Of a DNA stretch of 37,754 nucleotides, positions 1 to 6,224 are shown piece after piece. The notes under the pieces are model-generated. The model was not told the DNA's origin. It did not search any database and saw only the letters and a list, made by a program, of their open reading frames with translations. Each line of letters starts with the position of its first letter. The first letter of the stretch is position 1. A program made the position numbers and the translations under genes. Origin of the DNA: an uncultured bacterium (GTDB lineage Bacteria; RBG-13-61-14; DATKZS01); assembly GCA_964650485.1 (NCBI GenBank), contig CAZYTX010000032.1, positions 1 to 37,754 of the forward strand, read 5' to 3'.

Positions 1-269
1 TTGTGGTCTTAAAAAAACTCCCCTCTCACCCATAGTAAAAGTGTTGCAGTTCCGCTAATTACAGGTTGACAAAAATTCACTCGCCACGGAAAATCGTGTC
101 ACTGCCCCGCCCCTAACTATTTGAAATAACATAAACCGCGTTTCCAGTCGCCTCTAAAAAAACTAAAATCGTGGCACGATTTTTCAGAAAAACCGTCCAA
201 ATGAAATTAACAGAAGAGGAGCGAGGAGCGGGTAGCGGGACCTGCGCCCGCCCGTATTATTTTAGTGCC

Positions 270-641
270 TCACTGCCCCCGGCTTTCGAACAGGCCAAGC
301 TGCCCGGGCGCCTCGGCCGGCCCTGTCCAGTCCCCTGCGATGCTGCATGATTCAGGGGCCAGGTCCGGGTTCTTACAGGCGCACACCTTCACCGCCACCC
401 CGTGCTCGCGGCCGGCCTCCACTACGCGCTCCAGTATCTTTGCCCGCTCGCGCCCCGGCAGCGCCATGACCCCGCCCTCGCCCGGATAAGAGCTGTAGCC
501 CCGGCTGTAGCAGTACACGCACCCGTGTGCGCACCCCGCGGTCAGGTTCACAGTGGGAATCTTCGACAGGCAGGCGATGCTGGAGGGCGCCAGCACGCTC
601 GACTTGCGACGGGCCTTGATCGTCTCGACCATTTTTGTCAC
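270..641 (-). pseudogene. Radical SAM protein, SplB-like (COG1533 DNA-repair-photolyase family), N-terminal fragment only (123 aa)
   Basis: The ORF has a CAHGCVYCY motif (CxxxCxxC radical-SAM cluster) in a context typical of spore-photoproduct-lyase-like proteins, which are normally ~300 aa. It stops after 123 aa and runs into an AT-rich non-coding flank (1-260). I take it as truncated. Confidence 0.5.
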
Positions 642-672
642 CGCTCTTTATTACCTGTCATTATATCATAGT

Positions 673-735
673 ATGACTTGCGAGCAGCAGCTTTTGCAAC
701 TGATCGAGCCCGGCGCCCGGGTGTGGCCGGCGTCT
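673..735 (+). pseudogene. Decayed duplicate of the tilS 5' end (MTCEQQLLQLIEPGARV...)
   Basis: About 60 nt here (gagcagcagcttttgcaactgatcgagcccggcgcccgggtg-tggccggc) are near-identical to tilS nt ~1643-1705 apart from a 1-nt deletion. The translated piece matches the TilS N-terminus VEQELLQLLEPGARVV. Confidence 0.55.
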
Positions 736-923
736 TTGGCGGGCAGGGCCCTCAAAACTCACAGCTAAAAAACCATGCCCTGACTTTGATGAGCTCACTC
801 GAATCAAGCATGCTTGCAGTGAGCAGAGCCGAATTGTCGAAGGGTCACACCTGAGAAGTTCTTGACACAATGCCCTTAGCGGTCTAATCTACTGGTATAT
901 TGATATACAAGAGGAGGTGTGTC

Positions 924-1163
924 ATGCCCACTGCCACGGTCCGCATACCCGAGGAAAAAAGAGATATCCTTAAGATTATCGCCACCATAGAGAAGACTGA
1001 CATCAAGGAGATACTGTCCGAGCTCATTGACGAGTACATCTTAAGGCACAAGGAGACCCTCGATCTCCTCTCAAGGCCCGAGTGGGTTGAGGCCATCGCC
1101 CAGGGCAAGGAGCAAGTGGAAAAGGGCGTTAAAGGTAAGTTGCCGGATGAGCTGGAGGATTGA
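924..1163 (+). CDS. Ribbon-helix-helix family antitoxin (type II TA)
   Basis: Translation MPTATVRIPEEKRDILKIIA... shows an N-terminal RHH-like beta-strand/helix pattern. RBS GAGGAGG lies 6 nt upstream of ATG 924. The gene overlaps the downstream toxin gene by 17 nt. Confidence 0.6.
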   Translation: MPTATVRIPEEKRDILKIIATIEKTDIKEILSELIDEYILRHKETLDLLSRPEWVEAIAQGKEQVEKGVKGKLPDELED

Positions 1164-1413
1164 GGTCAAGCCCGCAGCGGAGAAGCAGTATTCAAAGCTC
1201 GACAAGAACACGAGGCAGAGGGTCAAACAGGCCCTCCGCGAGCTCGAAGCAGAACAGACATTGCTTGCCGCGCCCAATGTGAGGCCCCTCACAGGAAGAC
1301 TGAAGGGCGACTTCAGGATGAGGGTGGGACGCTTGCGCCTGCTTTTCACTCCGGACACCGAATCCAGGACAATACACGTATACGCCATACTTCCCAGGGG
1401 GGATGCACATTGA
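1147..1413 (+). CDS. RelE/ParE family toxin (type II TA)
   Basis: Translation MSWRIEVKPAAEKQYSKLDK...RVKQALRELE...LKGDFRMRVGRLRLLFTPDTESRTIHVYAILPRGDA follows the conserved RelE/ParE pattern, including the ...RVGDYRIIY...I.I.RI.HR-like C-terminus. It is translationally coupled to the upstream antitoxin. Confidence 0.7.
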   Translation: MSWRIEVKPAAEKQYSKLDKNTRQRVKQALRELEAEQTLLAAPNVRPLTGRLKGDFRMRVGRLRLLFTPDTESRTIHVYAILPRGDAH

Positions 1414-1498
1414 TGTAATCATATCCCGGAAAAGACTCCCTCCCTGTGAAAATAGACGTTTTATTCTGTGAAAAAGGCGGGGTTGCATGTCCCCCGCT

Positions 1499-1527
1499 TG
1501 AACCGCGGCCCTGCTTGTATTATCTTA
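1499..1527 (+). promoter_or_regulatory. Possible sigma-70 promoter for the tRNA (TTGAAC-N17-TATCTT)
   Basis: TTGAAC at 1499 is followed by a 17-nt spacer and TATCTT, about 15 nt upstream of tRNA nt 1. Confidence 0.3.
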
Positions 1528-1542
1528 CTTAAGGTTGTTGAG

Positions 1543-1619
1543 GGCGGCGTAGCTCAGGAGGTCAGAGCATGCGGCTCATATCCGCAGAGTCCGGGGTTCG
1601 AATCCCTGCGCCGCCACCA
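1543..1619 (+). tRNA. tRNA with CAT anticodon: elongator tRNA-Met or tRNA-Ile2 (lysidine, LAU), including encoded CCA
   Basis: I hand-folded a cloverleaf. The acceptor stem GGCGGCG pairs with CGCCGCC, the D-arm is GCTC/GAGC, the anticodon stem TGCGG pairs with CCGCA with loop CTCATAT (anticodon CAT), and the T-arm is CGGGG-TTCGAAT-CCCTG, followed by discriminator A and CCA. It is not an initiator: the 1:72 pair is G-C and the anticodon stem lacks the 3xGC run. Confidence 0.85.
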
Positions 1620-1624
1620 TCTTA

Positions 1625-3082
1625 ATGGACCCCCTTGTCAAAAGAGTCGAGCAGGAGCTTTTGCAACTGCTCGAGCCCGGCGCCCGGGTGGTGGCCGGCA
1701 TCTCCGGCGGCCCCGACTCGGTGGCGCTTGTGTCAATTCTGCTTGCGCTCGCCCCGTCGCTTCGTATCCAGGTCTTTGGCGCCCATTTGAACCACGGCAT
1801 GCGGGGCGAGGAGTCCGACCGGGACCAGGCCTGGGTAAAAGAGCTTTGCGAGCGCATGGGTGTGGAGCTTTTGACCGAGAGGCTGGAGCAGCCGCCGGAG
1901 GCGAACATAGAGAGCAGGATGAGGGACGCGCGCTACCGGTTCCTGCTCCAGGCCGCGGGTAAGAAAGAGGCCAAGTACGTGGCAGTGGGCCACCACGCGG
2001 ACGACCTTGCCGAGACCGTGCTCATAAACCTCATGCGGGGGGCCGGGCCGGCTGGTCTCTCCGGCATGGCCCCCTTGCGTGCCGCGGGCGGTCCGGGCAG
2101 TGAAATCTACATTGTCCGGCCGCTCCTCCCGGTCCGCCGGGCCGAGATCATGGGCTTTCTCGAGCGCGAGGGCCTGTCGTGGCGCGAGGACTCCAGTAAC
2201 CTTGACCCGCGCTTTATGCGCAACCGTGTGAGGCGCGAGCTTCTCCCGCTGATGGAGGAGGTCAGCCCCGGCGCTTCCGAGGCCCTGGTGCGCGCGGCCG
2301 AGGTCACAAGGGCCGAGTCCGAGGCCCTGCAAGGGCTTGCAAAGGAGTGGCTGCGCGAGAAGGGCAGGGCAGGGGAGTCCTCGGTGGAGATCGAGCTGGC
2401 CCCCCTGCGCGAGCTGGCCCCGGGCTTTCGAATGGCCGTTTACAGGGAGGCGGTGTGCATGGCAGCGGGGGGCCTCGCCCGGATCGAGAGGACGCACCTC
2501 GCTGCCGTGGACGAGCTGGCCCTGGAGGGCCCGGCCCACGGGTCCCTGGACCTGCCGGGGATAGCTGTCCGCCGCGAGTACGAGGTCATGTCCATTGTCC
2601 CCGCCGCTGAGCCTGCAAAGCCTGCGGAAGGCGCGGAGCAGCCCTTTTCCGCGCCTGCATGCGAGATCGAGCTCCCCATACCAGGAAGCATAAGCTGGCC
2701 CGGCCCCAGGGGACACGAGCTTACCGTGTCCGCTGAGCTCATCGCGCCTTCCGATGAAAAGCCCGACTTTCGCAGCGAGGCCCTGCTGGACCCGGAGAAG
2801 ACCGGGGACAGTATCCTGGTGCGCACCAGGCGGCTGGGCGAGAGGTACAGGCCCGGCGGAATGACCGGGGCACGCAAGCTCAAAGACGTGTTCAACGACC
2901 TCAAGGTCCCGCCCCGGGACCGGGGCTGCTGGCCCTTGATCTCGTGCCAAGACCGGGTGGTGTGGGTGCCGGGAATGAGGCCGGCACAGGGGTTCGGGGC
3001 TCCGCGCGACGCGGCCGGCGCGGTCAGGGTGCGGGTGTCGCCCCCCATACTTACCCGCATGGGCGGAAAAAAGAGGCGTTGA
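1625..3082 (+). CDS. tilS: tRNA(Ile)-lysidine synthetase TilS
   Basis: The N-terminus carries the PP-loop SGGxDS motif (ISGGPDSVALV). Length and domain order are TilS-like, with a C-terminal substrate-binding region. The gene starts 5 nt after the tRNA(CAT). Confidence 0.9.
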   Translation: MDPLVKRVEQELLQLLEPGARVVAGISGGPDSVALVSILLALAPSLRIQVFGAHLNHGMRGEESDRDQAWVKELCERMGVELLTERLEQPPEANIESRMRDARYRFLLQAAGKKEAKYVAVGHHADDLAETVLINLMRGAGPAGLSGMAPLRAAGGPGSEIYIVRPLLPVRRAEIMGFLEREGLSWREDSSNLDPRFMRNRVRRELLPLMEEVSPGASEALVRAAEVTRAESEALQGLAKEWLREKGRAGESSVEIELAPLRELAPGFRMAVYREAVCMAAGGLARIERTHLAAVDELALEGPAHGSLDLPGIAVRREYEVMSIVPAAEPAKPAEGAEQPFSAPACEIELPIPGSISWPGPRGHELTVSAELIAPSDEKPDFRSEALLDPEKTGDSILVRTRRLGERYRPGGMTGARKLKDVFNDLKVPPRDRGCWPLISCQDRVVWVPGMRPAQGFGAPRDAAGAVRVRVSPPILTRMGGKKRR

Positions 3083-3094
3083 GTCAGTCCTTCC

Positions 3095-3565
3095 TTATGG
3101 GGCCCCAAAGCACCGGCGGCGGCGAGGGCCCTGATGCAGGAGGGATGAGCATGCTCGCGATCCAGCCGCCGACCCACACCACCACGCTGGTGAGAACGCC
3201 CGCCATGATGGGGCCCCAGGGGACTTGAGCCAGGGAACGCTCGATGCCAGGAACCCGCCGTAGTTCTCCGAGCCCCACACCGTGACCAGAACGCCGAGCA
3301 CCACGCCGACCAGCACCGGGAGCATCAGGCCCTGCACCGGGTACTGCCAGTCGTCCACGAAAGACTTGCCCGGGTAGGCCACGTAGGTGACGCTGGATAT
3401 GCAGGTGCCCAGGATGGAAAGGCCCACCGCCCAGCCCGGCAGCCTCCGGCCGGCCACGAAACAGTACTCCGTATCACGGGTCCGCCGGCTGAGCCAGACG
3501 CCCAGGCCCACCACTATGGCGAAGTAAACCCCCAGGATGCATAAGTCGAAAACGCCGAGGTGCAT
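3095..3565 (-). pseudogene. Sodium:solute symporter (SSF) family, N-terminal remnant
   Basis: Translation MHLGVFDLCILGVYFAIVVGLGVWLSRRTRDTEYCFVAGRRLPGWAVGLSILGTCISSVTYVAYPGKSF contains the SSF signature (DYFLAGR-like). After ~100 aa the frame becomes non-membrane-like. A further TM segment appears in another frame (3084..3278), and the gene runs into the convergent tilS. Confidence 0.55.
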
Positions 3566-3576
3566 GGTCCCGCCCC

Positions 3577-5301
3577 TCAGTCGAGCAGGCTGATCTTCCG
3601 GAACCAGCGCGTCCGCACGAAGAGCGCCGCGATCACGAAGGGGAGCACCGCGAAGCGGAGTATGCTCATAAGCGCCAGCATGGCCGTCTCCTGGGTCAGC
3701 ATACCCTCGGCCACCCTGCGGTACAAGAAGTACCCCAGCACCAGGAGGAGCACGCCCAGGAGCGCCAGCCTCACCGGCGTGGCCCCGGTCCCGGTCTTGT
3801 CTTTCGGCCCGGCCTCTTTCCAGGAAGGCCCCAGCGGCTTCAGCCAGCCGCGAAGCGCTATCGTAAGCTCGCTCGCCACCCTGTCCGCGCCCCTTATGAT
3901 GCTCCCGGGTGCGAGGACCACCGCGGCCAAAAGGATGTAGTATAAGATGCCGGGCTCGACCGCAGCCGTCATCTCCTGGAAGAACCACGGCTTCACCCGG
4001 CCCCACACCTCCAGGGGGAAGAGCACGATCATGTGCAATACGAACCTGGGATAAGAGAGCGCCGCCTCCGGCATGCGCAGGTATTCGGGCGCGCTCACTA
4101 TACCGAAGCTTATAAGGGCCCCCGCGCCCAGGGCCAGGAGCGCCAGGGCCGCGGTGCGGAGGTTCCTCATGGGCGAACGCTCCCCCAGCCGGAGCACCCC
4201 CCTGGCCCGGTGAGAGGCGAGCTCGTGGCAGAGCGCCAAAGCCAGCAAGAGGTCCACCCCCGCCGGCCTGAAACCCGGCCAGAAAAGCGAGCCCCCCCAC
4301 AACAGCCCAACCACCAATACCACCGGGAGAGCCTGCAACCTCATTATCAGCCAGTCCGGCATGCCGGCCCGCATGCGCCGGGCAAAGCCCGCTGACCACC
4401 TGCCCATGATGAGCGCGTACAGGAACGCCGCGCTTACCATGAAAATGAACCCGGCCACCCTGCGGTTCCACGCCCGCAGGGGCCCCTTTGCGAGGCCCGG
4501 CTCGGACAAGGCATTTGAAAACCACCACAGAAGCTCGCGTATGAGCAGAGGGTCAAAGGTCTCGATAAAGTGGTCGGTGGTGTGGATGATGGACACCATC
4601 CTGGCCGTGCCCTCCTCCATGCTCCCGTAGGTGACCCCGTTCTCCGGGTGGTCAGTCACTTCGTGCTCGGAGAGGTTGTCGAGCAGGGCCCGGGGCGAGT
4701 GTATCTCGTCGTAGAGCCCGGAGAGGAAAAGCAGGTTCTTCGGCTTTTTCAAAAGGAACGAAGACTCCATGCCAATGGGTATAACGGCCCGGATCCAGGG
4801 GGCCCTGATGCCGGCGAGCACCACCACCGTGCCGCCGATGGAGTGGCCGCATGCCCCGATCCTGTGCGGGTCAACAAAGGGCAAAGTGCGCAGGGCGTGA
4901 GCGATGGAGAGCGCGTCAAGGGTGAGCACCTCCAGGCTGTCCCCGCCCATGCGCTGGCGCGACTCGGCCCTGCTCTTGCCGAAGAAGTCAGGCACGGCGC
5001 AGGTCGCGCCCCTGGCGGCAAGCTCCATGCAGATGACCTCCATGCCCTCGGGGGGCACGCTGTATGGAGGGACCGCGACCACGCCGGGCATGGGCTCTTC
5101 ATGGCCCTTGTCAAGGCGCGGCAGGAAAAGCACCGTGCGTATGGGATTGCCCGACCGGGAGGCGATCACCTGCTCGGACACCCTCACGTCGGAAGAAGGG
5201 TAGCCGGTCATGGCAACGCCGGAGATCACTGCGGCGGCGGCGAAAACCGCGGGCCACAGTGCCCGTCTCGACTTGCTCCTCCCCTGGTCACTCTCTGTCA
5301 T
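3577..5301 (-). CDS. Alpha/beta-hydrolase domain fused to a C-terminal polytopic membrane domain; N-terminal signal (RR-containing)
   Basis: A GHSIGG nucleophile elbow (G-x-S-x-G) lies in the N-terminal half, and the C-terminal ~300 aa contain several hydrophobic helices. The start is uncertain: ATG 5301 (MTESDQ...) is preferred, but the ORF is open to 5415. Confidence 0.65.
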   Translation of the reverse strand: MTESDQGRSKSRRALWPAVFAAAAVISGVAMTGYPSSDVRVSEQVIASRSGNPIRTVLFLPRLDKGHEEPMPGVVAVPPYSVPPEGMEVICMELAARGATCAVPDFFGKSRAESRQRMGGDSLEVLTLDALSIAHALRTLPFVDPHRIGACGHSIGGTVVVLAGIRAPWIRAVIPIGMESSFLLKKPKNLLFLSGLYDEIHSPRALLDNLSEHEVTDHPENGVTYGSMEEGTARMVSIIHTTDHFIETFDPLLIRELLWWFSNALSEPGLAKGPLRAWNRRVAGFIFMVSAAFLYALIMGRWSAGFARRMRAGMPDWLIMRLQALPVVLVVGLLWGGSLFWPGFRPAGVDLLLALALCHELASHRARGVLRLGERSPMRNLRTAALALLALGAGALISFGIVSAPEYLRMPEAALSYPRFVLHMIVLFPLEVWGRVKPWFFQEMTAAVEPGILYYILLAAVVLAPGSIIRGADRVASELTIALRGWLKPLGPSWKEAGPKDKTGTGATPVRLALLGVLLLVLGYFLYRRVAEGMLTQETAMLALMSILRFAVLPFVIAALFVRTRWFRKISLLD

Positions 5302-5462
5302 CTTACCGGAAATCCACGATCCTCCCGGCCATACTGGCGGATGCATAGCAGGTCCGGCCGCGGCGTACGGCACGGAGCGCGGGGACATTTTAAGGGGTAT
5401 CGGCTCGGCGGTCAATCAGGGGTCTGGCAGGGGTCTGGGGGGTCTTGATTCTGCGCTCGTTT

Positions 5463-5768
5463 TCACATCAAATTTTCCATGTGCCATTTGTGTCGGTCCT
5501 GTTGCGGGATTAGGCCATTAATGATCATGTCGCCGATGAACATGATGGCGTCTTCGATCGTGTACTTATTGTCAAGAGATGTCCTGAAGCTCATTATCTC
5601 CGGCATGCCGGTCAGGGCGAAGGATAAAAGCTCCGGGGCCACGAGTCTGGTCTGCCCTTTTTCCATGGCTTCATGGGCTTCTTTTATGACCGGTCCGGTG
5701 AGGGCCTTGTACATGCGGTTCAACTTCTCCTGCGAGGCAAGTTCCTGTAAAGACAGTCGCTTTCTCAA
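5463..5768 (-). pseudogene. 5'-truncated ORF of lower GC (~50%) abutting the tmRNA 3' end (hypothetical; possible regulator C-terminal fragment)
   Basis: The frame is open right up to the tmRNA 3' end, and the only start is a TTG 10 nt from the tmRNA CCA with no room for a promoter or RBS. The first ATG is at codon 19, and GC content is well below the window average. Confidence 0.4.
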
Positions 5769-5777
5769 TGCCAGAGA

Positions 5778-6137
5778 TGGTGGAGGCGGCGGGAATCGAA
5801 CCCGCGTCCGGAGACCTTCACCCCGGGGCTGCTACGTGCGTATCCCGCGCTTGATTTTAACCCAAAACCGCCGCGCGGGCGCGGAAGCTTTTGGCGATCC
5901 CCCTCTTTGATTCAACTCCTTGCAAGGCTGAGGGCTTTCCCGCAAGGGGTCGTCCTGTCTTCATTGCGCCCGGGTCCGTCCCGACAGGAGAGGACGGTCG
6001 GACGTCGCGGTCTTTACGCCGCGAGGGCGTAATCAACAGATTCGCCGTTTAAAAAGGCGCCGCTGTTTAACGTGCTTGCGGCAGCACGGCACGCTCCCGC
6101 AGGGCTCAACTGTCCCCGTCGAACCCATTTCGCCCCC
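5778..6137 (-). ncRNA. ssrA: tmRNA (ssrA), ~360 nt
   Basis: The reverse complement has a tRNA-Ala-like 5' end GGGGGCGAAATGGGTTCGACGGGG with a G3:U70 pair. The 3' end is GGACGCGGGTTCGATTCCCGCCGCCTCCACCA (T-arm plus CCA). An internal tag reading frame ...AAC GGC GAA TCT GTT GAT TAC GCC CTC GCG GCG TAA gives (A)NGESVDYALAA, ending in the canonical YALAA. Confidence 0.9.
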
Positions 6138-6224
6138 ACAAATATTATTATAACCATTTTGCGTGATCCCGCAATAGCGCCCGCGGGGATGCAAAAACTC
6201 ATGCATTCCGTTAGAATAATAGAG

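Noticed and set aside
170-190. TGGCACG-N4-TTCAG resembling a sigma-54 -24/-12 promoter
   Set aside because: The -12 element lacks the essential GC dinucleotide (TTGCA). It is more simply part of the AAAATCGTGgCACGATTTT palindrome.
1543-1619. Possibility that the CAT tRNA is the initiator tRNA-fMet
   Set aside because: The first acceptor pair is a normal G1-C72, whereas initiators have a C1 x A72 mismatch. The three consecutive G-C pairs at the base of the anticodon stem are also absent.
1733-2950. 405-aa ORF antisense to tilS, with similar long antisense ORFs at 14983..16488, 24291..25598, 11288..12061, 19374..20072, 20390..21034, 26274..26924 and 36521..37423
   Set aside because: These are typical high-GC artefacts. 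Their composition is Arg/Ala/Pro/Gly-rich and low in complexity, they have no motifs, and each lies opposite a gene with clear family signatures.
3566-4528. Upper part of the 477-aa ORF 3095..4528
   Set aside because: It overlaps the alpha/beta-hydrolase/membrane gene in another frame and has an Arg/Gly/Pro-rich composition. Only the last 156 codons (3095-3565) carry the sodium:solute symporter signature.
6072-6224. 5' extension of the radical-SAM/DUF2344 ORF (start at 6072)
   Set aside because: It would overlap the tmRNA gene on the opposite strand and the AT-rich promoter region. A downstream ATG (6201, 6225 or 6243) gives an N-terminus consistent with the family.
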